Source: an uncultured Pseudomonadota bacterium
Lineage (GTDB): Bacteria > Myxococcota_A > Polyangia > Fen-1088
DNA: 64,000 nucleotides
Assembly: GCA_963847705.1 (NCBI GenBank)
Contig: CAWKBC010000027.1
Location: forward strand, 608,001 to 672,000
Direction: 5' to 3'
Under the pieces are notes generated by a model. The model searched no databases, was not told where the DNA came from, and saw only the letters and a program-made list of their open reading frames with translations. A program made the translations under genes and the position numbers. This document shows positions 45,271-55,319 of the stretch, piece after piece (position 1 is the first letter of the stretch; the number at the start of each line of letters is the position of its first letter).

Positions 45271-46614
45271 GTGCGCGCGGGTTGGCGCTGGCTGCTCGCG
45301 TTCGCTGGCCTTTTGGCGGGCTGTCACCGGTCGGCGATGCCGCCACGCCCGGATGGCGCCGCGGTCGTCGTCGCGCCCGACACCCAGGACGACGGGATCG
45401 CCACGCTCCCCGAGATCGAGCCCAACAACACCCTGCCGACCGCCCAGCTGTTGGCGGTGACGGCGACGGCGCCCGCCGCGGTGGCCGGCGCGCTCGGGAC
45501 CCAACCACCCGCCGGAAAGCGCGACGTCGATCTCTATCGCGTCGACGTCCCCGGCCCGGATGGAGGTGTGGCGCCCGCCGCCGGAGATGCCGGTGCGGCC
45601 AGCTCCCCGCCCCACCTTTTGCTGCGCGCCGATCTGCACCCGGCGCCGCCGGGCCTGGCGGTCACGCTGGAGGTGCTCGATGCGACGGGGCACGTCCTGG
45701 TGGCGGCGAACGGGCAGCCGGGCGAGGCGATCGCCGTTCCCAACCTCGCTGCCCGGGGCGGCAGTTTCTACCTGCGCGTGCGCGCGGCCGGACCCGAAGT
45801 CCCGGGCGGCGGATATCGGCTGGTCGTGCACCTCGTCCCCTTCGACGCGGGGGCCGAGATCGAGCCGAACGGCGACGCCGCGCACGCGACCGAGCTGGCG
45901 CCGGGCGGCGAGGCCGTCGGCTACCTCGGCTGGCGCCACGATCAGGACTGGTACCGCCTGCCGACGGCGGGGCTCGCCGAGGGGAGTGTGCTCTCGGTCG
46001 ATCTCGATCCGCTCCCCGAGGTCTCGATCACGTTGCAGCTCTACGGCGCCGACGCCCACAAGCTGACGGAGGCCCGGGGGAGAAAGGGGGAGCGGGTGGT
46101 CCTGCGCAACGTCCGCATCGCCCCGACCGATCCGTTCGTCTTCGTGGTGGTGCGCGCCGACGTCGGCTTCAGCGCGGAGGCGCGCTACAACCTGCGCCCA
46201 CGCACCGACCTCCCCAAGGCCGGCACGGAGGCGGAGCCCAACGACGATCAGGCGCACGCCCAGACGATCGGCGACGGAACGGTGGTCGGGTACCTCGCGC
46301 GCGGCGACGTCGACTACTTTCGCTACAGCACCGACGGGATGGCGCTGCTCGATCTGGAGGTCGCCCCGCCCGAGCGTGGCGGCGTCGAGGTCGAGGTCAC
46401 CCGCGAGGACAACACCCTCCTCGCCCGGGCAGCCAGTGCCCGGCGCGCTCCGGCGCGGATCACCGGCCAGCCGATTCCAGGGGGCCCGGTTCTGATCCGC
46501 GTCGTTCCGCGCCACGGCCCGATCGACTCGGACGATCCGTATCGCCTCACCGTGACGTCGCGCCCCGCGCCGGCGCCGGGCGAGCCGCCGCCGCAACCTG
46601 GAACGGCGGAATGA
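45271..46614 (+). CDS. Lipoprotein with three PPC-like beta-sandwich repeats
   Basis: Lipobox LLAG-C; three E.EPN[NGD]...A motifs, each followed by D.D.[YF]. Confidence 0.7.
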   Translation: MRAGWRWLLAFAGLLAGCHRSAMPPRPDGAAVVVAPDTQDDGIATLPEIEPNNTLPTAQLLAVTATAPAAVAGALGTQPPAGKRDVDLYRVDVPGPDGGVAPAAGDAGAASSPPHLLLRADLHPAPPGLAVTLEVLDATGHVLVAANGQPGEAIAVPNLAARGGSFYLRVRAAGPEVPGGGYRLVVHLVPFDAGAEIEPNGDAAHATELAPGGEAVGYLGWRHDQDWYRLPTAGLAEGSVLSVDLDPLPEVSITLQLYGADAHKLTEARGRKGERVVLRNVRIAPTDPFVFVVVRADVGFSAEARYNLRPRTDLPKAGTEAEPNDDQAHAQTIGDGTVVGYLARGDVDYFRYSTDGMALLDLEVAPPERGGVEVEVTREDNTLLARAASARRAPARITGQPIPGGPVLIRVVPRHGPIDSDDPYRLTVTSRPAPAPGEPPPQPGTAE

Positions 46615-46618
46615 GGGA

Positions 46619-47284
46619 ATGATGCGGCCCGCGGCTCTCGGCCTGGTCCTCGCGCTCGGCCTGACCGCCTGCGCGCATCATCCAGAAGAGCCGGCCGCGA
46701 CCATGGCGTCGTTTGGCGCGGCGCTGGCCCGCGGTGATCTGCGGGCCGCCTACCAGCTGACCTCAGCGGCGTTCCAACGTCGGATGCCCTACGACGCCTT
46801 CGCAGCAGCCCTGACCGCCGCCGGGGGCGAGGCGGCCGCGCTCGGCCAGCGCCTGGTCGCCGAAGCCGGCGCCGTTCCGCCTCGGGTCGTGGTCACGCTC
46901 GAGCTCGGCGAAGAGGTGCCGCTCGTCCTCGAAGGGGGCCGCTGGCGGATCGACGGCCCCGTGTACGAGGCCTGGGGCCAGGCGACGCCACGCGCGGCCG
47001 TCCAGACCTTCGTTCGAGCGCTCGACGCTCACCGTTACGACATCGTGCTGCGGCTCGTTCCCGATCGGTATCGCGCCGGGCTGTCGGCCGAGCGGTTGCG
47101 TGCGTTCTGGGAAGGGGACCACCGGGAGGAGCATCAGGCGCTGCTCTCCCGGATCCGGGCCACTGCCCGCGGGCCCCTCACGGAAACCGGTGACGAGGCT
47201 CGGCTTGACGTGGCGCCGGACCGCGTCGTGCGGCTGGTCCGCGAGGCCGGACAATGGAAGATCGAGGATCCTGACGAATACTGA
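46619..47284 (+). CDS. Lipoprotein with two NTF2-like repeats
   Basis: Lipobox LTA-C; duplicated P......F..AL...LV.E.G.W[RK]I pattern. Confidence 0.65.
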   Translation: MMRPAALGLVLALGLTACAHHPEEPAATMASFGAALARGDLRAAYQLTSAAFQRRMPYDAFAAALTAAGGEAAALGQRLVAEAGAVPPRVVVTLELGEEVPLVLEGGRWRIDGPVYEAWGQATPRAAVQTFVRALDAHRYDIVLRLVPDRYRAGLSAERLRAFWEGDHREEHQALLSRIRATARGPLTETGDEARLDVAPDRVVRLVREAGQWKIEDPDEY

Positions 47285-47398
47285 CCCGTAACCTTCGAGG
47301 ACTGCGGGGTTTTTTGGCGCCTCACGTTTGGATCCAGAATTGCCGAACTTGACTAACAGAAAGAGATATTGCAGGCATTTAGCTAGAGGTTCTCGTCA

Positions 47399-47584
47399 GT
47401 GCTCGAACCTTGGATCATCGAACAGATCCGTCGCCGCGAGGAAGAGGAGAGGCGGCGCCATGAGCGTCCGCGACTCGAGATTCCCCTGCGCGACGAGCGC
47501 CGCCGTCCAGATTCGGCGGAGGACGAAGAACCAGAAGAAGATCGAGACGCACCTCAGCGTGGCGTCGTGATCATCGACATGTAA
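47399..47584 (+). CDS. Small charged hypothetical protein (61 aa)
   Basis: Protein-like composition, fills the gap after AT-rich intergenic DNA; ends RGVVIIDM. Confidence 0.6.
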   Translation: MLEPWIIEQIRRREEEERRRHERPRLEIPLRDERRRPDSAEDEEPEEDRDAPQRGVVIIDM

Positions 47585-47693
47585 GGTCGCCGAGCGGAGC
47601 AGCTCCGCCGCGGAGGCGTCGTACCTGGAAGTCCGCGGCCGCGCCAGGATCCACGTACTGGACGGCGATCGCGGTCGGGGCTAGACAGGAACG

Positions 47694-50261
47694 ATGGAGT
47701 CGGAGAGGGCGGGGTTCGTGGGGCGGCGGGCCGAGCTCTCGCTGCTGGATGAGGCGCTCGGACGGGCGGTCCGCTTCAACGCGCCCCAGACGGTGACCAT
47801 CATCGGCGCGGATGGGCTCGGCAAGAGCCGCCTGCTCGACGAATGGCTGGCCGGAAACCAGGGCCAGGATCTGCGAATCGTACGCGCGGCGGTCGGGCCG
47901 GCCGTGGGGGCCTCGGCCCCCCGGGGCGCCCTGATCGCGCACCTCTTGCGCGTCCGTTTCGGCCTGGCCGAGCTGGGCCCCGACCAGGCGCTGCTTCAGT
48001 TTCGCGCACAGTTGCAGGAGGTGTTCGGCGACCGGCGCATCTCCGAGCTGTCGACGCTGCTCGGGCGGTTCCTGGGGTTCGACGTTCCGGAGAGCCCCCT
48101 CAGCAGCGCGCTGGCGGGACGGCCCGAACAGGGGGCGGAGCTGGCGCGCGCCGTCCTGGGACGATTCCTCGAGCAGGACGCCGCCCTCCGTCCGCTGGTC
48201 ATCATCGGCGAGAACCTGCAGGACGCCGACGATGATTCGCTGACCGAGCTCGAGAGCCTGGCGGTCGATCTGACCAACGCGCCGATCCTGATCGTGGTGA
48301 CGGCGCGGCCGGAGCTGCTGGTGCGCCGCCCGGGTTGGGGGCGCGGCGGGGGCAACCACACCCGGCTCGACCTGCAACCGCTCACCCGGATGGAGATCGA
48401 TCTGCTGGTTGGAGCGTCGCTCGGCGGGACGGGCGCGGCGCCTGGCGGCCTCGGCGAGCAGGTGGCGAATGCGTCGGGTGGGAACCCGATCCTGGCCCGG
48501 CAGCTGCTGCGGACCTATCGGGAGCACGGGATCCTGGTCGCCGGGGGCGAAGGCTGGCGCTTCGACCAGGAGCGGGCCGCGCGCCAGCATCCGACGGCGA
48601 CGCGCGAAGAGGTCGCCCACGCGCGGATCACGGTGCTGACGCCGGCCGAGCGCGACGTCCTGGCGCGCGCTGCCATCTTCGGCGATCAGTTCTGGACCGG
48701 CGGGGTGGTCGCGCTGGGGCGCCTGGGGGCCTCGCCTCCCGACGAGGCGGCGGTGTTCGCCCCCGATCCGACCATCACCGAGATTCAGCAGATGTTGGAG
48801 AGCCTGCGGGAGCGCGGGTTCGTCGAGAGGAACGACACCTCCGCGATCCCCGAAGAGATCGCCTGGACGTTCTGCCAGACGCTGGAGCGGTACCTGCTCG
48901 AGACCGACGCCGCCTCCGAGCTCGGCCGCCGGCGCAAGGCGTTCGCGGCGCAGTGGCTGGAGAGCCGGGGGGGCGATGCGCGCGAGGAGCGGCTGGAGTC
49001 GCTGGCCCGGCTCTACGAAGAGGCGGGCGACGGGCGGCGGGCGGCGTACTGCTATCTCACCGCGGCGGGGCTGGCCCGCGACCACCTGCTGCTCGATCGG
49101 GCGCACGCGCTCTACCTGGCGGGGATCCGGCACCTCGACCTCGACGATGCCGTGGCGAAGATGGACGCGCTCTACGCCGCGGGCGACGTGGCGGCGCGGC
49201 TCGGCCGGACGCGGGAGTCGGTGGGTCTTTTCCAGGAGATGCTGCGGCTCGCCTGGAGGCTCGACCTTCCCGCCAAAGGGGGCGCGGCGCATGGACGGAT
49301 CGGGCGGCTCCTGAGCACGCTCGGGGAGAACACCCGCGCGCTCTCGCACCTGGAGCTCGCGCAGAAGCTGTTCGAGGTGGCGGGGGACTGGCCCGGGGTG
49401 GCGGCGGCCCTCGACGACGTGGGGCGCATCTACTTCCTGATGGGCGAGCCCGAGCGCTCGCTGGAGCGGCATCGCTCGGCGCTGGCGGTGCGCGAGCAGC
49501 TGGGCGATGAGCGCGGGCGCTCGCTGACGCTGTCGCGTCTCGGTCAGGTGCTGCGCGCCACCGGCGCGCTGGCCGCGGCCGGCGAGCACTTTCGGGCGGC
49601 GCTCGATCTGCGGCGCCGGATCTCGAACCTCCCGGGCGTGATCGCCTCGCTGCTCGATCTCGGCGCGCTGGAGCGCGATCTCGGCCGCCGGCCGGAGGCG
49701 CTGTCGCTCTTGGGTGAAGGGCGGGAGCTGGCGCGGGCGAGCGGCGAGAGGCTGCAGGAGTGCAGCCTCTCGGTCGAGATCGGGGACTGCCACCTCGGCG
49801 ACGGCCAGCCGCACGCGGCGCTGGGCGAGTTCCAGGCGGCGCGGGAGATCGCCCGGCAGTTCGGGGCGCGGGCCCTGCTGTCGGAGGCGACGCGGGGGAT
49901 CGCCGAGGCGGAGCTGGCGCTGGGCGAGGCGGCCCGCGCGCGCGACGACGCCCGGTCGGCCTTCGAGATCGCCGAGCGGGCAGGGGCCCCGCCGCTGGCG
50001 GGCGCGGCCTTGCGGGTGGCGGCTTCGGCGGTCGGCGCCGGAGCACCCGGAGAATCCGACCTGGGCGGCGCGCGCGAGATGTTCGACCGGGCGGTGGAGG
50101 TGCTGACCGGGGCCGGCGCCGAGCTGGAGCTGGCGCGGACGCTGGACGCCTACGCCGCCTTCGAGGATCGCTCGGGCCGCGACGAGACGGCGGCCGAGCT
50201 GCGCCGACAGGCGGGGCTCATCCGCCGCCGCGAGCCGCCGGCCGTGCCCCGCGCCTCGTGA
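47694..50261 (+). CDS. STAND-type (AAA_16-like) ATPase with C-terminal TPR array
   Basis: FVGR.AEL..L, GADGLGKSRL, degenerate Walker B LVIIGENLQDAD, VTARPE, SGGNP; TPRs. Confidence 0.82.
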   Translation: MESERAGFVGRRAELSLLDEALGRAVRFNAPQTVTIIGADGLGKSRLLDEWLAGNQGQDLRIVRAAVGPAVGASAPRGALIAHLLRVRFGLAELGPDQALLQFRAQLQEVFGDRRISELSTLLGRFLGFDVPESPLSSALAGRPEQGAELARAVLGRFLEQDAALRPLVIIGENLQDADDDSLTELESLAVDLTNAPILIVVTARPELLVRRPGWGRGGGNHTRLDLQPLTRMEIDLLVGASLGGTGAAPGGLGEQVANASGGNPILARQLLRTYREHGILVAGGEGWRFDQERAARQHPTATREEVAHARITVLTPAERDVLARAAIFGDQFWTGGVVALGRLGASPPDEAAVFAPDPTITEIQQMLESLRERGFVERNDTSAIPEEIAWTFCQTLERYLLETDAASELGRRRKAFAAQWLESRGGDAREERLESLARLYEEAGDGRRAAYCYLTAAGLARDHLLLDRAHALYLAGIRHLDLDDAVAKMDALYAAGDVAARLGRTRESVGLFQEMLRLAWRLDLPAKGGAAHGRIGRLLSTLGENTRALSHLELAQKLFEVAGDWPGVAAALDDVGRIYFLMGEPERSLERHRSALAVREQLGDERGRSLTLSRLGQVLRATGALAAAGEHFRAALDLRRRISNLPGVIASLLDLGALERDLGRRPEALSLLGEGRELARASGERLQECSLSVEIGDCHLGDGQPHAALGEFQAAREIARQFGARALLSEATRGIAEAELALGEAARARDDARSAFEIAERAGAPPLAGAALRVAASAVGAGAPGESDLGGAREMFDRAVEVLTGAGAELELARTLDAYAAFEDRSGRDETAAELRRQAGLIRRREPPAVPRAS

Positions 50262-50277
50262 TTGGCGGACGCGAGGT

Positions 50278-51705
50278 CTACTTTTTGGCGGCCGCCATCC
50301 CGGCGCGTTTGCCCGCCGGCTTGGCCGGGGCGGCCGCGGTGGTCGCCCCGGCGGCCTTCTTGAGGTCGTCGGGTTTGACCAGGATCCGGTCGATCGCCCA
50401 CTTGGGCGCCAGATAGACGTCCGGGCTCTTGGCTGTGGCGACGAAGTAGCTCACCTTGTCGCTCGTCTCGTCGCCCACGCGGACCAGGCAGGCCGGAGCG
50501 CTCGACTTCGTCCCCTTGCTCTTGGCGTTGATGATCGCCTTCGGCTTGGCGAGGCCGTTGCTCTTGAGTGACTGATCGTCGGCGAATCCGCTGGCCTTCC
50601 AGTCCTTGAAGGCGCTGGCGATGGGCGTCACCTTCGTCGCGTCGAGCTCGAGCTTGGGTGGCTTGGTCGCCTTCCAGTCGTTGCCGTTCTTGACCAGCGT
50701 GTACGACTTGTCGCCGGCGGCGACGGAGATCTCGGTGAGGTCGGCGCCGGCCACGTCACAGAGCGTCTTGTCGCGGAATTCCATGGGCCGCTTGGCGATC
50801 CGCTCGAGGTTGAACTTCTTGACCAGGAAGATCTGGGGGGCGTCCGCCTTCTTGACGAAGGTGTCGTCACCCTTCTTGTTGCCGATGAGCGCGGTGACGG
50901 TCTTGCCGCCCTTGAGCCCGACGGTGAGGGTCAGCGCCGGCGCGTCGAGGCCCGCCGCGGCCGGGGTCGCGCCGTCGGCGAAGTCGTTGGCCTTCCAGTT
51001 GGCCAGCGCCGAGACGATTCCGTTCGGCACGCCGTTGTCGAGCTTCTCGATCTTCACCGAGCTCGAGACGACGTCCCACTTGTCCTCGCTCCCCTCCTTG
51101 GTGCCGGTCTTCTTGAGCGAGATCTTCGCGCCATCCTTGTCGGCGACGTCCAGCTTCTCCACCTCGGTCGACGGGAAGGTGGTGATGCTCTTGTCGCGCC
51201 AGTCGGTGGGGCCCTTGTCGAAGGCGAACTTGGTGATGCCGCTGGCCTGCCAGACGTCGTTGGTGCCGGCGGGGCGGACCATGGTCCCCGCGCCGACCGC
51301 CTTGCCGACGATCAGGTCGGCCAGGACCTTGCCATCGTGCTTGGCGACCAGGCGAACGCCCGACTTGTCGTCGACCTCGAACTCGGCCTGTTTGGCGTCC
51401 TGCTGGGTCACGAGGTCGGTGACGTCCATCTTGCCGAGCGCCTCGAAGGCGTTCTTGGCGGTCGCCTGGTCGGCAGGGTAGGAGACCGGCGCGATCACCT
51501 TGTAGATCCCCCCCTCGTTCTTGATCGTCGTGGTGACGCCCCCCCTGGTCACGTCGAGCGTGGTGATCTCGACGGGGTTCAGGGTGGGCAGGGGGCGGGG
51601 GTGATCGCTGGCCCTCTCCCCCTTCTCGGGTTGACGGAGCGTGACGAACGCGATGATGGCCAGGACCACGAAGGCCCCGAGGGCGGTGACTGTTTTTCTG
51701 TTCAT
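50278..51705 (-). CDS. DUF4340-like protein of Gld-type ABC operon 2
   Basis: N-terminal TM anchor, repeated WRDK/FRDK and .GL..P motifs. Confidence 0.72.
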   Translation of the reverse strand: MNRKTVTALGAFVVLAIIAFVTLRQPEKGERASDHPRPLPTLNPVEITTLDVTRGGVTTTIKNEGGIYKVIAPVSYPADQATAKNAFEALGKMDVTDLVTQQDAKQAEFEVDDKSGVRLVAKHDGKVLADLIVGKAVGAGTMVRPAGTNDVWQASGITKFAFDKGPTDWRDKSITTFPSTEVEKLDVADKDGAKISLKKTGTKEGSEDKWDVVSSSVKIEKLDNGVPNGIVSALANWKANDFADGATPAAAGLDAPALTLTVGLKGGKTVTALIGNKKGDDTFVKKADAPQIFLVKKFNLERIAKRPMEFRDKTLCDVAGADLTEISVAAGDKSYTLVKNGNDWKATKPPKLELDATKVTPIASAFKDWKASGFADDQSLKSNGLAKPKAIINAKSKGTKSSAPACLVRVGDETSDKVSYFVATAKSPDVYLAPKWAIDRILVKPDDLKKAAGATTAAAPAKPAGKRAGMAAAKK

Positions 51706-53390
51706 AGCTTCTGTCCTCTCCGGCGCGTCCGCCGAACGACCATCCGGCCAATACCGAAGGCGATGAAGAGGATGGCGACACCAAAGACGTTGCCGACCTT
51801 CACCGCCAGCACCGCTCCATCCGAGCCGACGTTGATCGGCCGGGCCGCGACGGTCTTGCTGCGGACCGGCGTCAGCGCCTCGTCCTCCATCGTCCAGCTG
51901 ATGGCGTTGAAGAGCATCTGCGCGCCGCCTTGATAAAAGGGCAGGTAGCGGGCCACCTGCAGATACTCGTCAGAGGCGAAGTCGGAGTCGCCGACGACCA
52001 TCAACCGCACCGGCTTGCGCGACTCGGCCGCCGGCATGTTGTCCGGCACCGACATCCCCGGCACGGCGCCCGGCGGCGGGTAGGCGCTCTTCAAGATCCC
52101 CTGGTAGGCGTAGGCCAGCCCGAAGACGCCGTGGTCCTTGGGATCCTTCGCCTCTTCCATCGTCTCGGCCATCGGCGAGAAGAAGAAGAAGCCGGTCTGC
52201 TTCCAGGCCTCGGGCGAGCTGGCCGCCAGCGTCCAGAGCTTGGCGCCCGGCGTCTGCGTCGTGCCGCTCGCCAGCGGGCCGACCAGCTGGACGGAGCTGG
52301 GGAACGGGAAGACGACGGCGTTCACGCCGGCCAGGATCGAGTTGTCCTTGTCGGCCTGGTCGGTCTTGACGCCCACGAACACCGGCAGGTTCTTCAGCAT
52401 CTTTCGCCCGCCGACGTCGATCGGACCGGGGACGTTCTGGCGGTCGAACACGAAGTCCTCGCCGATCTTGAAGCCGTACTTCTCGAGCAGCTCGTTGAGG
52501 CCGGTCTGGTTGACCTGGCCGACCTTGGGCTGGGCGGCCATCTGCGGCATCCCGCCGCGCGGCGCCGAGAGCACCATCCCGTCGACCAGGAAGATCACGC
52601 CGCGCCCCTTCATCAAAAAGCTGTCGATCTCGTGCCGCCCCTTGTCGTCGAAGGCCTGCTTGGGGCCGCCGACCACCAGCGCGTCGACGTCGTCGCCGAT
52701 CGCCGTCGTCGATGGGTTCACGGTGGTCGAGTCGAACTCCTGGTCGACCACGTGCTTGAGGAAGGTGAACCCCTGGGTCAGGTCCTGCTCGCCGTGGCCG
52801 GTGGTGAAGGCGACCTTCCGCTTCTTCTGCGTCATCCGCTTGATGATCGAGGAGATCTCGTACTCGAGGCCCTCGACCTGACCGATCTCCGGGATGGCGT
52901 CGTCCTTCCCCTGGTACTGGAAGCAGAGGCCCAGCCAGTAGGTGCCGACCTCGAACTTCTGCGAGCGCATCACCTGGATCTGCAGCTTCTGCACCTTGCA
53001 GGCGTTGGCCTCGTCTTCGATCTTCTTGTCCGACTCGGGATCGAACGCCTCGAAGTGGAGCTTCCCCTTCGAGTAGGTCTTGTAGTCGTCCATCAGATCG
53101 CGCACGTAGCGGCTGGTGTTGGCCAGCTCGGGCGGCAGATCCTTGGAGATGTAGGCCTTGACGTTCAGGTAGTCGGGCAGGGCACGGACGATGTCTTTCG
53201 AGGCGTTGGAGAGCGTGTAGACCTTGTTCTCCGTCAGATCGAGGCGGCCAAAGACGCGCGTGCCGATCAGGTTGACCGCCACCACCGCGCCGATGATGAG
53301 CACCACGAAGGTGGTGGCGTTCGACGCCGACAGGCGCTTGCGCTGATTCATTCCGGGCTTGGAGCCGCTGTTGTTGTCTGGAGTTGCCAT
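51702..53390 (-). CDS. GldG-family ABC accessory protein
   Basis: RLDLTENKVYTLS.AS, LEYEISS.I, VAFTTGHGE, VVGDSDF. Confidence 0.85.
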   Translation of the reverse strand: MATPDNNSGSKPGMNQRKRLSASNATTFVVLIIGAVVAVNLIGTRVFGRLDLTENKVYTLSNASKDIVRALPDYLNVKAYISKDLPPELANTSRYVRDLMDDYKTYSKGKLHFEAFDPESDKKIEDEANACKVQKLQIQVMRSQKFEVGTYWLGLCFQYQGKDDAIPEIGQVEGLEYEISSIIKRMTQKKRKVAFTTGHGEQDLTQGFTFLKHVVDQEFDSTTVNPSTTAIGDDVDALVVGGPKQAFDDKGRHEIDSFLMKGRGVIFLVDGMVLSAPRGGMPQMAAQPKVGQVNQTGLNELLEKYGFKIGEDFVFDRQNVPGPIDVGGRKMLKNLPVFVGVKTDQADKDNSILAGVNAVVFPFPSSVQLVGPLASGTTQTPGAKLWTLAASSPEAWKQTGFFFFSPMAETMEEAKDPKDHGVFGLAYAYQGILKSAYPPPGAVPGMSVPDNMPAAESRKPVRLMVVGDSDFASDEYLQVARYLPFYQGGAQMLFNAISWTMEDEALTPVRSKTVAARPINVGSDGAVLAVKVGNVFGVAILFIAFGIGRMVVRRTRRRGQKL

Positions 53391-53392
53391 GG

Positions 53393-54103
53393 CTACTTCC
53401 ACCGCCGTGATTCGAGAGAGAGGGTCGCGATGAGCAGGCAGACCGTCATCACCGAGAGGTAGTAGATGACGTCGCGGGAGTCGACCACGCCGCGCCCGAT
53501 GTTCTCGAAGTGGCCGTCGATGCTGAGGAACGCCACCAGCTTCTGCAGCGACTGGGGCAGGAACTGGGTGAGCCGCCCGAGCAGGTAGAGCGCGAAGGAG
53601 ATGGCGAAGGCGACGATGAAGGAGACGATCGAGTTGCGGGTCAGCGCCGAGGCCATCACGCCGATGGAGACGTAGGCGCCGCCCATGAGGACCAGGCCCA
53701 GGTAGCCGCCGATGGCCGGTCCGCGGTCGAGCGGGCCCAGCGACTTCACGGTGATGGCGAAGACCAGCGTCAGGCCGATCGCCGTGCAGAGCAGCGCCAT
53801 CGCCGCCAGGAACTTGCCGACCACGACCTCCCAGTCACGCACCGGCATGGTGATGAGCAGCTCCAGCGTCCCCGACGACTTCTCGTCGGCCAGGAGCCGC
53901 ATGGTGATGGCCGGGATCATGAACATGAACAGGAGCGGCATGATGTTGAAGAAGCCGCGCATGTCGGCCTGCTTCTCCAGGAAGAGCTGGGTGAAGAACA
54001 GGTATCCCGTGATGATGACGAAGACCGGGACGACGATGTACGCCACCGGCGAGTTGAAGTAGGTGCGGATCTCGCGCCGCGAGATCACGAGCGCCGGGGT
54101 CAT
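53393..54103 (-). CDS. ABC-2 permease (GldF-like)
   Basis: REIRTYFNSPVAY, PAITMRLLADEK.SGTLELL.T.P, GKF, ESRRWK. Confidence 0.9.
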   Translation of the reverse strand: MTPALVISRREIRTYFNSPVAYIVVPVFVIITGYLFFTQLFLEKQADMRGFFNIMPLLFMFMIPAITMRLLADEKSSGTLELLITMPVRDWEVVVGKFLAAMALLCTAIGLTLVFAITVKSLGPLDRGPAIGGYLGLVLMGGAYVSIGVMASALTRNSIVSFIVAFAISFALYLLGRLTQFLPQSLQKLVAFLSIDGHFENIGRGVVDSRDVIYYLSVMTVCLLIATLSLESRRWK

Positions 54104-55092
54104 GACTTCCCTTTCTGTTGTCCTTGCTCGGTTTCGGCGACGACGTCGCCGGTGGTCAGGTTGCGGAACACGTCTTCCAGGCTGGCCGATTCCCGCAGGA
54201 GCTCGAGCAGCGTCCAGCGGTTGTCGACGGCGGCGAGGAAGATCGGCTTGCGCAGATCCGTGGCGGCCGCCGCGTCGAGCGCGAAGGCGTGCGAGCCCTC
54301 CTCGCCGGCGAGCATCTCGCAGCGGGCCACGCCCGTCAGGCCCGCCAGCCGGTCACGGATCGCCTCCTTGACGACGCCGTTCGATTCGACCACCACCCGG
54401 TAGCGCCCGCCTTTTTCGCGCGCCCGCAGCGAGTCGGGCGTCCCGTCGGCCACCAGCTTGCCGCCGCTGATGATCAGGATCCGGCTGCAGGTCGCCTGGA
54501 CCTCCGGCAGGATGTGGGTGGAGAGGATGACCGTCTTCTCGCGCCCGATCTCCTTGATGAGCGAGCGGATCTCGACGATCTGGTTGGGGTCGAGGCCGCT
54601 GGTCGGCTCGTCGAGGATCAGGATGTCCGGATCGTGCAGCATCGCCTGCGCCAGGCCGACGCGCTGCCGGAATCCCTTCGACAGCTCCCCGACCTCCTTG
54701 CCGGCGACGTCGGCGAGGCCGCAGCGGGTGCCGACCTCCTTGATCCGCCCGGCGCTGCGGGCCGGGTCCATGCCGCGCATGGCGGCTGCGAACTGCAGGA
54801 ACTCGAGCACGGTCATGTCGCGGTAGATCGGCGTGTCTTCGGGCAGGTAGCCGATGCGGCGGCGGACCTCCAGCGACTCGTCGAACACGTCGTGCCCCGC
54901 CACCTTGGCCCGCCCGTCGGTCGGCGACAGGAAGCAGGTGAGCATCTTCATCGTGGTCGATTTCCCGGCGCCGTTCGGCCCCAGGAAGCCGAGCACCTCA
55001 CCCTGGCGGACCGAGAAGCTGACGTGATCGACGGCACGCGTCAGCCCGTAGTCCTTGGTGAGTCCGTCGACCTCGATCATCACGTCTGACAT
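54100..55092 (-). CDS. ABC ATP-binding protein (GldA-like)
   Basis: [40 protein letters not shown]. Confidence 0.92.
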   Translation of the reverse strand: MSDVMIEVDGLTKDYGLTRAVDHVSFSVRQGEVLGFLGPNGAGKSTTMKMLTCFLSPTDGRAKVAGHDVFDESLEVRRRIGYLPEDTPIYRDMTVLEFLQFAAAMRGMDPARSAGRIKEVGTRCGLADVAGKEVGELSKGFRQRVGLAQAMLHDPDILILDEPTSGLDPNQIVEIRSLIKEIGREKTVILSTHILPEVQATCSRILIISGGKLVADGTPDSLRAREKGGRYRVVVESNGVVKEAIRDRLAGLTGVARCEMLAGEEGSHAFALDAAAATDLRKPIFLAAVDNRWTLLELLRESASLEDVFRNLTTGDVVAETEQGQQKGKS

Positions 55093-55319
55093 CGGCACCT
55101 CTTGGTCATCGTCCGTGGTCCATGGGGATGGGGTTGTTCGCGGCCTAACTCGGGCCCGGGCCCCCTTATTCCCGCTCGCGGGCCATCTACGACGGCCTGC
55201 GAGCAGCTGTCAAGCGGCCAGCAGCTCAACCGGCCCAGTCCAACCGGGACTGGCTCGACCTTTTGAAAAACCGGCACGTCCGGATGAGCAACCCCCTCCG
55301 TAGTGTTCCCGGAGGTGAA

